A DNA stretch of 63,703 bases, counting the filler, from Octopus bimaculoides (lineage: Eukaryota), in NCBI RefSeq assembly GCF_001194135.2. It is 4 parts of 3 records of this genome, joined end to end, with 100 filler letters (N's around TTAATTAATTAA, not from the genome) between each part and the next. Parts side by side here need not be neighbours in the genome. Positions count along the whole stretch, not along the records: positions 41,727 to 58,515 come from NC_068983.1; positions 58,616 to 63,703 come from NC_068984.1; 2 more parts are not named here. One strand, given 5' to 3'. The notes under the pieces are model-generated. The model made no database searches. It saw only the letters and a program-made list of their open reading frames with translations, and had not been told where the DNA came from. Made by a program: the position numbers and the translations under genes. Positions 51,225 through 63,690 of the stretch are shown here, one piece after another; position 1 is the stretch's first letter; each line of letters starts with the position of its first letter.

Positions 51225-52080
51225 TCACGGCATACAGGTTAGAAAGGCCACATTAAAAAGAGGAATGTTTATCGAAAATACTAACATCATGCTAAAGTAA
51301 CTAAGAATTACAACGAACATAGCCTTGCAAATACTTAGAATCAATGAAATAGAGTGTACAGAAAAAAACAAATGAAAGAAAAGGTTAGGATGGTGTGTTA
51401 TAGATGCATTGCCTTAATGCTTAAAACACCACTACATGCAAAAGAATCTGACAAAAAAATCTGACAAAAAAAAAAAAAACAACAACTTATTTTACCATGA
51501 ATACAGTGAGATAAGGTTCTTATGCAACTAGTAAACTATTTATTAAATGGCCGTTATAGGATTACAAAAAATCTAGTAAAGAATAATGGAAAAGTAAAAT
51601 AAACAGCTACAAAACACGAACCAAACAAGCAAAAACCGTTTTCTGTCTGTAAGGAAGCCTACAAATCCAAAACAAGCTGAAATAACAGATAGTTACGAAG
51701 AGAAAGGAGAAATAACAATAGAAGGACTGTAGAATGTCCTGTAAAACGATGTCAGGAAAATCGTCTGCATAGCCAATATGTGATAAAGCTGAGTAGGGTA
51801 ACACTACGCAGTAAAAATCTGCGACAGTGGGTGAAAAGTGCAACACTGAAAGCTGAGGCCGATGGATTGCAGCACATGATCAAAGCTTTCTCATCAGAAA
51901 CTACCAAAGCATGATAAGAAATAGAATACATAAAGTTACTGCATAGTAAGGCGAATGAGAGATGAAAACGCACCAGCTACGTTGGGCCAGAGCACCCCCC
52001 CCCGACATTGACTTCCTGTCACTTATTGAAACTGGTATACCCAAAATTGGTTGAGAACGTCTTTAGTGTCAGACTGGGTA
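51225..52080 (+). mobile_element. Degraded R4/Dong-type LINE, right part
   Basis: KATLKRGMFIENTNIML, QMKEKVRMVCYRC, LKAEADGL..AHDQ-like block. Confidence 0.7.
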
Positions 52081-52927
52081 AGAAATCTGCAAAATTCTTT
52101 TGAAAGCTGCGCACTAGTTGCTCATTGACTATGAATACAGTTTCTACGATATTTTAGCTTATCTCCTCATCAATCAACGTATAAGTAACTCCCTTCTTAT
52201 TCTCCTGTTCAATTAGTGGTTTTATCAGCTCTTTACTTATATGAAGAACTGTAGAACTGAGAACTTCAGTTTGACGCGGGGGAGATGGGTTCATCCTCAC
52301 ATTTTTTTTTGTCTTCTCTCTGCCTGCAACTGTTCATACTGAAACTTGATGCACCCAAAGATTACATCGACTCCAGTGCTCAACTGGTACTTATTTTATG
52401 AACTCCGAAAGGAGATGAAAAGTAAAGTCGAACTCGCGTAATTTGAATCCAGAATGTAAAGACGGACGAAATGTCGCTAAGCGTTTTGTCCGGAGTGCTA
52501 ACGACTGTAGCAACTCGCCACCTTACTTTTTTAACGGTGTCTCACTTAGTTTTACTACAGAATCTTGCATACCATTATATAATATATGTCACGTGTTCAT
52601 TCGGGGAAATAATACAAGAAATAAACTTTAAAAATAACAGCGAGACTTTATTCTTCCTTTAAATAAGTACAGTGGGACAAAGTAAACACATCACGAATTC
52701 ATCCACCGTTTGGATAATTCAGCTCAGGTCGTCGTTGGCTACATGTGCTTCGTTATATTAATTTTGTTCTGGTGAATAGCGGCAGGAAATAACATGACCT
52801 GCCTTCTTGAAAATCGCTCCCCACCTCAGCTCAGAGATGATTTGATAGACCACTCTATAGAAGGAGAGTAAGCTCCCTCCAGCGCACATTCAGATTAGTT
52901 GTTTGAGAATGTATTACGCGCAACGTG

Positions 52928-53016
52928 ATTGGATCTTCAATCAATATCTCACGCAATACTCAACCAATCAAAGCACAGGACTCAACCAATGTTCAAAACT
53001 CACATGATAGGTAAGA
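52928..53016 (+). promoter_or_regulatory. Possible CCAAT-box promoter with splice donor
   Basis: ATTGG at 52928, AACCAATCA core at 52964, CCAAT at 52986; then ATGATAG/gtaaga donor at 53011. Confidence 0.3.
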
Positions 53017-53584
53017 CGACCGATTATTACAGATTAACGTACTGAGCCTTTACGATGCTAATCGTCTTCAGTAAGCCATAATGGAAATTAGTCTCGCTAC
53101 ACTTTCATTAAATATTTGAGAATTAAAGTATTCAGCAATAACGATTCTCATACTGATTCTTTATTTTACCCCATAAAAAGCAAGTCTTATTAAGAAAAAT
53201 ACAAAAATCTTTACCTAGCCATGCGTTCACTTACATTCTTCTATATGAAATATTAAAATTTGGTCGAACCTAAAAAATGCCTGAAAGCAAAACAAACAAA
53301 CCATAGTACAATGTTTAAAATATATAAATCTTCAATAGCTGCCAAATTAATGGACAAGAATTATTTATCAGGCGATCGTTGTGTAAAGTTCTCAGGAGTG
53401 GCAACAGTTTTTTCACATATATCACTAATGTCAATGAAAAAGTCACGAATGTTAAATTTTCTTATTTTCATGGTAAAAACTTGAAGCTTTGTGCCTTCGT
53501 AAGAAATTCTCATGGCAAATTACAATTATTATTCTTAGAGAATGAGGCAACGAGCTGGCAGACTCGTTATCGCACTGGATAATT

Positions 53585-53920
53585 GCTTAGAGGCATTTCT
53601 TCTGGCTTTACCGCGATCAACTTTGCCTTTTCATCCTTTCGGGGTCAATAGAATAAGTGCCAATTAAGCACTGGGATCGATGTAATCGACTTACCCCTTC
53701 CCCCGAACTTGCTGGTCTTGTGCCACAATTTGAAACCAATATTAATTGATATTAATGCTTCAGTCGGACTGCGTTCTAAGTTCAAATTCCGCTGCGGTCG
53801 ACTTTGCTTTTCATCCTTTCGAGGTCGATAAAATAAGTAGCAGTTGAGAGCACTGGAGTTGAAGTGATCGACTAGACCCTTACCCACAAAATTTTTGGTC
53901 TTGTGCCTATTATAGAAATA
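53585..53920 (+). mobile_element. Two tandem SINE 3' halves (Meta-domain-like family)
   Basis: Two successive ...actttgc(c/t)tttcatcctttcg(g/a)ggtc...cactgg...atcgact...ttgtgcc blocks. Confidence 0.8.
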
Positions 53921-55551
53921 ATTAATTTTTCAGAGAATTCTGAAGTGTTTTTCCTCTTTTTCTTTTTGCCGCTGTTTACAATTTTGGTAAAAATCCATTC
54001 TACTCCTTTGTAGTCTCATTCAATCATATTATAAGCAGGGCGATCTACACAAACCCTTGTTGTACAATGTTGAAGTACAATACTGCTGAAATAAATTGAT
54101 TTGGATGTAATTAACTTTTTACTGATACATATATATCAAATCACCTTCACATCAAGGGCAGATTAAATACGATTGCCATAAATAGTTAAAGGAGATAGTG
54201 ATCTAGCCTTGTCTACTAAACAATAAATAGATGTGTTGCTGACATAGAATGAAATAAATAAATAAACAAACACAATAAATAGAATAATAATAATAATAGA
54301 ATGAAATATAACAAGTCTCCTCACTGTCTTTTACCCCCACCACGAAACCTGATCACATACTTACGTGACGGAATACTCAGGTCCAAGATAGCAAGCACAT
54401 ACGTTTCATGTTAATGTAACACCACCTGGCCTGTATCATCATCATCATCATCATTATCATCAACACCACTATATGTTGCATATGAAACAAAGCTTCAATT
54501 GTTTATTTGCAGCTGTGATAGCGAGAATATTTTAGCTCTTCTTTGCAGCAAACTTTCATTTGGAATGTCATTGGTGTTAAAGACGTTAAGAAGTTTCAAT
54601 GTTAGTTTTCGCTTTGACCTAGAAACCCAGTCCCGGAGGTCAACCGTTATTGTTGTTGTTTAACCCCAAGTCGGACCTGATCATTCCGACTGTTCATAAG
54701 TATTTTGGAGTACATTGTCCAGTGTGACCATTCTTAATTTGAGACAGCTAGGTGTGATTTAAAGAAATTTGGCTGCTATTTCTAGCTGACCAAGCAACCA
54801 CGTAAAGGCTCTCAAAGAAACTAGTGGTGGTCTGCATTGTCCAAAATATCATTTATTGGTTGAGTATAAAGACTTTCAAGTTTGTATAGTTTGGGAGGCT
54901 TTCTTGACCTTTCGGACCGAGTTGAGTGTGTGCGCGTACGCGTATGTGTGATACATAATACATACATACATACATATATATATATTATATATCACACACA
55001 TACATATATTCTCTTATTCTACTCAATTAGACATTAATTAAATCTTAAATGTCAAACTGTATTTTCCTGTTTATTATCACTGCTAACTTCGGATCGGATC
55101 TATTCCATTCGTACATACATTAATCTCGCCTCCGATGAATCTCCTTCATAACAACCTCATCTATTCACACTTGGCCTCACCGTCTTTAAAGCGATTATAC
55201 TTCAGAATTCAGCTTTAATGTATTTCTGTTCTAACACATATCTTCAGAGAAATTTTAACTCTAAAAATAAACCAACTCTTTCTTTAGTTTTCTCTGTTAT
55301 TCTACGTTAAGATACAATACATTCATTGAACTGTAATAATATTCAAATGAACTATAATAATATTCAACTAGCGAAGAAAAATTTATTTTCTATATATTCC
55401 TTATTCCACGTTTGATACCAATCAATCTTTTTTATCGTTATTCGTAGATTTCCTGTTGATCCGATCAACGGAACAGCTTGCTCGTGAAATGTTGTTGGTG
55501 TATAATCACCTCGTGCGTGAAAGTACCACCATTGAGAATACCAATGTTATT

Positions 55552-56072
55552 ATTACATGGAAAAATGCGAGCATGAAAAGTAATATTCTTAAGATTATAA
55601 ACCTGGGAAAGTACAGGACAAGTTATTACACCTGTAAAAGTATAAGACAGGCTATTACTTCTAGTAAAGTAAAGAATAAGAAACTTTTTACTTAAAATAT
55701 TGCAGCAAAGAATGCCAGTTCTTCTAATTTATCACTCTTTACAGTTCTCGTCTTTTTAATTTATTATACAAAACTGTTCAGCTAATTTGTAAGTTTATCT
55801 AACTCGTCACTTTTTTCTGCATTTAAGGTAGTAACTTAGCCAAATTCTACTTACATAAGTATAGTGTTATTTGTAAACTATAATAAAATAAGTTTTAATA
55901 TTCAAATTTTAATTTTAGCTGCAATATTTTAAGTAAAAAGTTTCTTATTCTTTACTTTACTAGAAGTAATAGCTTGTCCTATACTTTTACAGGTGTAATA
56001 ACTTGTCCTGTACTTTTCCAGGTTTATAATCTTAAGAATATTACTTTTTAAGCTCGCATTTTTCCATGTAAT
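55552..56072. mobile_element. MITE/foldback with ~155-bp terminal inverted repeats
   Basis: 55552-55706 (attacatggaaaaatgcgagc...aaatattgcagc) is the near-perfect rc of 55918-56072; no clear TSD. Confidence 0.85.
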
Positions 56073-57634
56073 CCATGATTTTTCCAGGCATTACTGTTAT
56101 AAGATAATTAATAATGTGTCAATTAATAATTTAAGATTTTACCTTATAAAATACTGAAAGATAATATTTAAATTTTTCCATGTAAGTGATGATAANNNNN
56201 NNNNNNNNNNNNNNNNNNNNNNNNNNNNNNNNNNNNNNNNNNNNNNNNNNNNNNNNNNNNNNNNNNNNNNNNNNNNNNNNNNNNNNNNNNNNNNNNNNNN
56301 NNNNNNNNNNNNNNNNNNNNNNNNNNNNNNNNNNNNNNNNNNNNNNNNNNNNNNNNNNNNNNNNNNNNNNNNNNNNNNNNNNNNNNNNNNNNNNNNNNNN
56401 NNNNNNNNNNNNNNNNNNNNNNNNNNNNNNNNNNNNNNNNNNNNNNNNNNNNNNNNNNNNNNNNNNNNNNNNNNNNNNNNNNNNNNNNNNNNNNNNNNNN
56501 NNNNNNNNNNNNNNNNNNNNNNNNNNNNNNNNNNNNNNNNNNNNNNNNNNNNNNNNNNNNNNNNNNNNNNNNNNNNNNNNNNNNNNNAAGCATATTAGGA
56601 GGTCAGGGTACTTGATTCCACGCAAAAAAAAAATCAATTTTTTTGTTTTTTTGTCTTAGTGAAAATTGTGCAAATGTTAATATAGAAATTGACCATAATG
56701 TTGTTATTTAGCCTCAAATAAACCCTGATACAGCAAACCTATCATCAAAGACATTCCAGCCTTCAGTAAACCGTCTTTTTAGGGATAATCTAGGACATTA
56801 CATACAATGGGCGTGCGATTTAGGTAGGGGGAATACTTTGGCTGCGTGTCGAGCGGGCTCTTTCATTGGTTCGATTGCGTGATGAGATTTTTTTACACAT
56901 ATATGTAATATGTATATATATATATCATCGGCAGAAATTAGAGAGTAAGTCAAAAGCTGAGAGTTTCGTGTATTGGCACTTATCAAACACGAATTTGTCC
57001 ATTGTCACTCTGTAACTTCTGATGAAATAACTTCTAAAATACAAAATTTCATCAAAAACGTTAAGAGTAAACTCTGTTCTAAGTGACACATTCTACCAGT
57101 ATCGGAAATTTGAAAGTGTTTAGTTAAAAAAAAAAATTAATTAAATAATCTACGTCTAATTGAATAGATCCGAAATGGATGAAAGGCAAAGTCGACTTCG
57201 GCGGAATCGGAACTCAGAACGTAAAGACAGACGAAATACCGCTTTTAAAATACAAAATTTTCCCCAAAACGTTAAGAGTAAACCCTGTTCTACGTGACAT
57301 ATTCTACCAGTATCGGAAGTTTGAAAGTGTTTAGTAAGTAATAAAAGATTTTCTTTAACTACCTTATGGATCCTTAAGATTTAGGCAGTATGCAGAAAAG
57401 CTTTGTTCATTTAGAAAAAGAGGGTAATAGTCATGCTAGATTATTTGTTGAGTTTGTACAGGTTTTTGTTCGACTGCCAAACATTGGACATATATCTGGA
57501 GGTGTTAATGACTAAACGTTCATTTTCCACTAACAAAAACACAAGCTCGAATATAGTACTTAGAGTAGACATATTTTGTGAACCAATATTAAATATTTCC
57601 TATGAATTCCCAATAAAAGTAATGGTAATCCACA

Positions 57635-57822
57635 GGCTTTGCTAACATTGGTTGCAAGTTTTGGCACAAGGTCAGCAAGTCTGGGGAGAGGGCGAAAGTC
57701 GACTACCCAACTAGTACTTATTTTATCAACTCTGAAAGGATGAAAGGCAACGTGGACGTCGGCAGAATTTGAACTTAGAACGTAAAGACACGAAATACCG
57801 CTAAGCATCTTGCCAGCTCGCT
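57635..57822 (-). mobile_element. tRNA-derived SINE (Meta-domain-like family)
   Basis: rc of family; a further fragment lies at 57160-57245. Confidence 0.75.
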
Positions 57823-58115
57823 GCTATGTGCTTTGTTAATATTAAATAAAACTAACTATTGGCATTTGTTTAGGTAGTTCAATCACATCATAATTATGAC
57901 GTTAGCTTTGTCTACTTCCAAACAGAATATAACTTTATATAGCTAGTGCTAGGAATCAGTTGATGTTTGTTTCTGATAAACGTAACAGGGTGGTTTAATA
58001 GACAGTGATAATATATAACTGAGATTTAATAATGTGATGTCTACTAGGGATTTAATTAAGCCTGATATAGCTGTATCTATCATGTGTGAAAGAGACGAAA
58101 AGTATATAATTTTAA

Positions 58116-58440
58116 TCTATATATATAAAAATGAGAAGAATGTGTGTCTGTCTGTCTGTGTGTGTGAATCCCTAAAACTCGAGAACTACGCAACCAATTT
58201 CATTCAAATTTTACACATGCCTTACTTAGGGTTCCAGTTGTGTTTTAGTCCAAAAAGTTTTTTAACTTCTTGCAGAGTTCGAGCACACGGCAACATAATA
58301 TCTCTTCCACTATTTAAGTATTACGTGTCAAAAGTGAAACAAAAACACTCATGTCAAATACTTTCACTTTAAAAATGAAACTATTCCACTAACTGAAACA
58401 ATCACATTTCGATACTGTAATGACAGATACTTTCACAGAG
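58116..58440 (+). mobile_element. Helitron/DINE-1-like non-autonomous 5' end
   Basis: A|TCTATATATATAAAAATGAG start, (CTGT)n/(TG)n tract, caaccaatttcattcaaattttacac block. Confidence 0.6.
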
Positions 58441-58559
58441 AGAGAAAGAGAGAAAGAGAGAGATAGAAAGAGAGAGAGAGAGAGAGAGATGTATATGTAT
58501 ACATATACATGTATANNNNNNNNNNNNNNNNNNNNNNNNNNNNNNNNNNNNNNNNNNNN

Positions 58560-58571
58560 TTAATTAATTAA
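58560..58571. other. Assembly linker TTAATTAATTAA inside N gap
   Basis: As at 15410. Confidence 0.9.
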
Positions 58572-58752
58572 NNNNNNNNNNNNNNNNNNNNNNNNNNNNN
58601 NNNNNNNNNNNNNNNTTGTGTCACAATCAAACAGTTGTAGTTAAACTTTGAAAAATGCAGACGATAGAAATATATGAATTTATTATTTCAAATCAAAGTT
58701 TTCTTTCTAAAACCCTTCTTACATAAAAAAAAAAATATAATAAAGCGTCAAA

Positions 58753-59015
58753 TACGAGAGGATACCCAAAAGAAACCGGAATTTTGCATTATTATTTTAT
58801 TCACTTAGTTTTACATGATTATACTTTTATCGCCTTCAAAGTATTCTCCATTTGAAGCAATGCATCGGCCCAGACGCGTTTTCCACTGTCTGAAGCAGTC
58901 CTGAAATTCTTGCGAAGTGATGCCTTTTAACGCCTCCGTCGTTTTTTTCTTCACACCTTCCACATCTGCAAAACGTTTCCCTTTAAAGATTTTTTTCACC
59001 AAAAAAATCATGTCA
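58753..59015 (-). mobile_element. mariner transposon 3' end
   Basis: Minus frame KGKRFADVEGVKKKTTEALKGITSQEFQDCFRQWKTRLGRCIASNGEYFEGD (mariner C-terminus); TIR-like TACGAGAGGATACCCAAAAGAAACCGGAA. Confidence 0.88.
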
Positions 59016-59693
59016 AAAAATATGAATGAAGGTAAGAAATTGAAACGTACGTAGGCGACACGGAATTGACTATTATGTAAATAAATTGAATGTTTCTGTG
59101 TTCACCCTCCCCATTTTCCTTATGCTATATTATTAAAATTCTGTTCGGATAGATGAAAACATGTACAACGACCACAGGAATTCCATCAGTGTAAAGAACT
59201 GATGTCAAAAAAGAACCACCAATAAACACCAATTCTAACACAAATTAACACATTCCAGGAAAATTAATTGTTCTGGAGCTAAACTGGTGTACGCTTGGAT
59301 GAAATGCGTCCCTGTTGAAAGGGCAACCTCTTTATCCCTTAGACCTTACCCTTGCTCCCCCCAGTTGCGCCTCCCCCACACCCCAACACCACCACACCAC
59401 ACCACCCCGCACACACTAGCACTGATCACTTCCCAGCACCTACACCATCATCCACACACCTACACATGCACACACGCAGACGTCAAGGTCACCTGCCTCC
59501 TTCCACATGCACATACACGCTCTCATATAAATACGCACGCGCACCTTCGTTTTGGAATCACCACTACTTTATTATCTCCCCTTGTTCCTAGCTCTCCTGT
59601 GTGACCCCTCTGTTCGGCATTCGTCGTGATAGATCGTTAGCCACTAAACTTTTTTTTAAAATTTTTTCTCTCTGCTTATTTCTGAGTTCCTTT

Positions 59694-59722
59694 CGGTCGA
59701 AGAGCGTAGGCTCGAAACATAA
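59694..59722 (+). ncRNA. Degenerate hammerhead-like motif (same family as ~40299-40322)
   Basis: CGGUCGA A GAGC(GUAG)GCUC GAAA CA U A; downstream flank aaaagactttctcact...gagcgt.aaactaata shared with 40299-40360. Confidence 0.4.
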
Positions 59723-59882
59723 AAGACTTTCTCACTTCCCGAGCGTTAAACTAATAGCTTATTTGATGTATACCAATGATATACAAACACTAAAATAATC
59801 TAGGATATGTAACTACTTCTTCTAAAAAGGGCTTAAACTTCATGGAATACAGCTCAATCAATTAACGTCTTATCTTCAACAG

Positions 59883-59976
59883 TTTGCCAAAACGTTTGCA
59901 GAAGAACAAAACATTTCATTTGAAGCTGTTTCTGCTAAAACTGGAGAAAATGTAGAGAAACTCTTCAATAACCTTG
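59883..59976 (+). CDS. Penultimate coding exon of a Rab5-subfamily small GTPase (G5 motif)
   Basis: FAKTFAEEQNISFEAVSAKTGENVEKLFNNL; acceptor tcttcaacag, donor G/gtaaga; 94 bp, phase 0 to 1. Confidence 0.88.
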
Positions 59977-60491
59977 GTAAGAATTCTTTTTTAATTACGG
60001 CTGCATTTCTTTCGTAAAATATCTTCTACATGTTTATGTATGTATGCTTGTATGCGTGTATGTATGTGTGTGTATGTATGTATGCTTGTATGCGTGTATG
60101 TATGTATGAAAGTATGCACCTATGTATTGTGTGCATGTATGTATGAATGTATGTATGTGTGCATGTATGCATTTATGTGTGTATGTATGTATGAATGTAT
60201 GTAGAGTTTTGTTTTTGTTTTGTGACTGGTTGCTCCACATTTTATCAAAGACATTCCAGTCTCGATTGGCTACCTTTTCCCATTCCGATTCCTCTCTGCT
60301 CTGAATCAGTTATTTCTCCGAGTTGTACGTTTCCATTCATTCTGCTGGTAATCTAAACCTGTTTTCTCTTAAATTAACTCATTATTCGAAATCATTCCTC
60401 TTTATGTTTTTATTTCTTTCCTGCAAAAAGGCCTATTTCAAGCTCACGTTTTCCATTTTATTTCTGGCTCTCGTAGAAATAGTCTAATCAC

Positions 60492-60903
60492 CAAAGGTGA
60501 ACACCGTTAATCGAAAAGTTAGCTTCGTTAACCGTTAATCCGTTAACCAAACAGTTAACTGCGATAACTGTTAATGAGTTAATTATTTCCTAATGTAACC
60601 GAAATTATCGATAAACCGTTAACGTTAATTTCTATTATAGAAAAAGAAAATTCAGTTTTTGCTCTAAAACACCACATAAAAATACCCCTAAATTGGGCCA
60701 AAACTATAAAATCTGTTAACTTCAATTCAATTGAAGTTAATTGAAGTTAAGTCAAGTTGACTTGAGTTAGCGGAAGTTAAATGTAACGGAAGTTAATTAG
60801 TCCGATAATGATTTCCAAAGTTAACTTAAAAGTTAAATCGTTAACGAAATGTTAACTTTATTGATTAACGTTTAGCGGATTAACGGTTTGGTGCCCAGGT
60901 TTG
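60492..60903. mobile_element. hAT-like MITE with perfect 8-bp TSD, in Rab intron
   Basis: TSD CTAATCAC at 60484-60491 and 60904-60911; imperfect TIRs CAAAGGTGAACACC and GGTGCCCAGGTTTG; many GTTAAC/GTTAAT subterminal repeats. Confidence 0.8.
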
Positions 60904-61015
60904 CTAATCACTTTAAACCTCTTGAACGTCATACGAAGGGAGGTCACTCTAAAAACTACCATCATGGAAATGTCTTTTTATCGTTTCTGACTTTAGCAAT
61001 ATTTGTGGAAGTTGT

Positions 61016-61221
61016 AAGGCGGTGAGCTGGGGAGAAACGTTAGCACGCCGGGCGAAATGCTCGGCGGTATTTCGTCTGTCTTTATGTTCTGAGTTCAAAT
61101 TCCGCCGAGGCCAACTTCGCCTTTTATCCTTTCGGGGTCGATAAATTAAATATCAGTTGCGTACTGGGGTCGATCTAATCGACTGGCCTTCTCCCCTAAA
61201 ATTTCGTGCCTTATAGAAAAG
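61016..61221 (+). mobile_element. Full-length tRNA-derived SINE (Meta-domain-like) with ~18-bp TSD
   Basis: aaggcggtgagctgg head, gagttcaaattcc B box, cctttcggggtcgataaa core; flanks aatatttgtggaagttgt and aatatttgtggcagttct. Confidence 0.85.
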
Positions 61222-61669
61222 AATATTTGTGGCAGTTCTGATTATATTTTTGGTGTTTGTCATAGTTTGTGATGGTGATGGTGGAGCTGGNNNNNNNNNN
61301 NNNNNNNNNNNNNNNNNNNNNNNNNNNNNNNNNNNNNNNNNNNNNNNNNNNNNNNNNNNNNNNNNNNNNNNNNNNNNNNNNNNNNNNNNNNNNNNNNNNN
61401 NNNNNNNNNNNNNNNNNNNNNNNNNNNNNNNNNNNNNNNNNNNNNNNNNNNNNNNNNNNNNNNNNNNNNNNNGTTGGTGGTGGTGGTGGTGGTGGTGGAG
61501 ATGGTGGTGGTGGTGGTGGAGATGGTGGAGGTGGTGGTGGTGGAGTTTGTAATGAGGGTTTTGTTGTTGTTAGCTGTGGAGCTAGAGGCGGTGGTGTTGT
61601 TAGTATTGTTGTTGTATTTGGTGGTGTTACTCTTGCTTAAATAACATTTCTCTTTCCTCTATTTTGTAG

Positions 61670-61776
61670 CCAAGAAACTTCCGCCAGAAGTAATCGTCAA
61701 TAAGCATTCTGCGAACCATTCCATAAAGCTGACCGATGAAAAAAAGTCCTTGACCAAATGCTGTCATATCAGATGA
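61670..61776 (+). CDS. Terminal coding exon of the Rab5-subfamily GTPase
   Basis: Strong acceptor tctctttcctctattttgtag; joins in phase 1 to give AKKLPPEVIVNKHSANHSIKLTDEKKSLTKCCHIR*, with a di-cysteine prenylation motif. Confidence 0.88.
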
Positions 61777-62467
61777 CCGTTGCCTCCGTCTCTTCCAATC
61801 ATTCAAAACATGCTGCTGATATTTAAGATTTATTTAAACTCTTCTCATCCGTTTAAAAAAAAAAATTCATTCATATCTTCGATAAACATTTCTGTTATTT
61901 ATGCACTTTAAACGTTTATACCATTTAAGAATCGTATTTGCTTTTTCTCATATTATGTCATGGCGTCTTGAACTGTCATGGCTTCTTGCTTCAACGACAT
62001 GACACACAAGGGAGATAACTCTGGAAAAATTCCTGTTGTAAGCTATTTAAACCTAAGTGAGTAAATTTATTATAAATGCATTCCAATAATGACCATCAGG
62101 ACTTTTTAGAAGTTTATAAGACTATATAATGGGTTCTTTCCCTTCTGAAGATGGTAGGGTGTGATTTAAGGGACGTTTGGTTGCTGTTTCTTGCAGGTTG
62201 GGAGAAACAGCAGGTAGACACTTCGTCAAGTTAGGGACCACGATACGGGAACATCAGAACTAGGTCAACCAGTTCACATATTTTAACGTCTCGTCATTCA
62301 TTCTGAACTGTCTTTCATCTGCCAGGAGTGGTATTTAATGAACCAGCTGATGTTGCTGTTGATGTTGTTGTTGTTGGTTAGCCCTTGGTCAGTCTTCATT
62401 AAAACAGCTATGATAAAAAAAGCATTCCAATCTCGACAGTCTGGTCATTAATGTAGCTCTGTCTAGA

Positions 62468-62515
62468 CCAGCATTTTTCAAACTGCGGGTCACGACCCTT
62501 CAGTGGCTTGTGACA
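62468..62515. mobile_element. hAT-Charlie-like terminal fragment
   Basis: gtctagac followed by CAGCATTTTTCAAACTGCGGGTCACGACCC; the other end was not found. Confidence 0.45.
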
Positions 62516-62639
62516 AAACAGTCTGAAAAACGTTGCTTCAGACAGAGCTGCATTAATTAAATATGTCCTATCCTTTTTAGGATAGAAAAATGTGGTTCAG
62601 AGGAGACTTGGCTGCTGTTTCATGCACAGTTGATGAGTT

Positions 62640-63600
62640 TATTGGGCTTCCTCATTCACCGCCTTTGCTCGCTCTCTCGATTCTAGGCTATGCTTCAACG
62701 TTTGAAATATTTTCTCATTATTCAAAAGATGCAGGTATATGAACTTAGTCATTGACCAATAGAAGTTTCCATGGGTTTCCAGTTTTATAAACATCTCTGG
62801 TATGGACTGGTCAACTATAATAAAAAGGAGAGGACTGAAAATCGAGTCTTGATGGACTCCTACCTACAATCTTGCTAAATTCCTTGCTGAACTCATTACT
62901 AAATCTCACCATGCCCACAAGATCTTGGTACATTGTTTGCATGGTGCTCACAATTCATTCTTTCACAATTAATTTCCTTAGCAGCCATCAGACTACAGAG
63001 CATGGTATCTTGAGAGACTGGCGGCTTACCGTTGCCCCAAAACAACTTCTCTCGTAGTTGTTTCACTATGAACAGGGCAGAGGCAATATCCGGTTCTGAT
63101 TTAAACCAAGAATGCATCTCATCCATGCCAATACCTTTCCTAATCAGTTGTGTTATAACAATTCTTTCGGTTACTATCATAACTTTGATGCCTCTGTAGA
63201 CATTTCTTCCCAGAGTATCTTACTCGCCCTTGTAGCAACTGATGTTAATATTAATAGGCCAGTCATTAGCTATTAAACCTCATTGAAAGATATATTTAAC
63301 CATGCGAGTAACATTTCGTCCTTCGCCAAATATTTTCGGCATCTCACTGACTATTCCTGACGGTCCAGCAGCTATCTCACCGTCTTCATATCATTAATTG
63401 CACACTCTCTAATGGCTGTCAATTTTAATAGCTAACCCTTCTGTTGGGTCTACCTGGGGTAACCCATCTGTCGGCCCCGTACATCCTTCTAATCTAGCCT
63501 ATCGTGAAAATATTTCTATGCCCTCTTCCTCTTGTTGCCAGTGATGCCAAATGCACCGTATTCAAACCGTATAACGTCTCGATTCTTTGTGTTCCATTGT
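62640..63600 (-). mobile_element. Degraded RTE-clade LINE RT fragment
   Basis: Minus frames AAGPSGIVSEM, NVYRGIKVM, ALFIVKQLREK, VGVHQDSIFSPLLFIIV, KTGNPWKLLLVND. Confidence 0.8.
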
Positions 63601-63657
63601 TTTGCAATCAAAAACACCTCACGACTTTGACGTATATCTTTCTGCGTGCTAAATACG

Positions 63658-63690
<33 letters not shown>

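Noticed and set aside
52770-52815. ggaaataacatgacctg resembling Rab G4 (GNK.DL) with a frameshift
   Set aside because: Needs an indel, has an in-frame stop just upstream and no splice sites; likely chance.
53042-53075. Minus-strand CUGAAGA-CGAU(UAGC)AUCG-UAAA hammerhead-like pattern
   Set aside because: G12 is U, helix III is not palindromic, helix I is weak and there is no repeat-family context.
53379-53582. ORF with SFFT...VKF faintly like the Rab5 switch region
   Set aside because: No WDTAGQE; similarity is at chance level.
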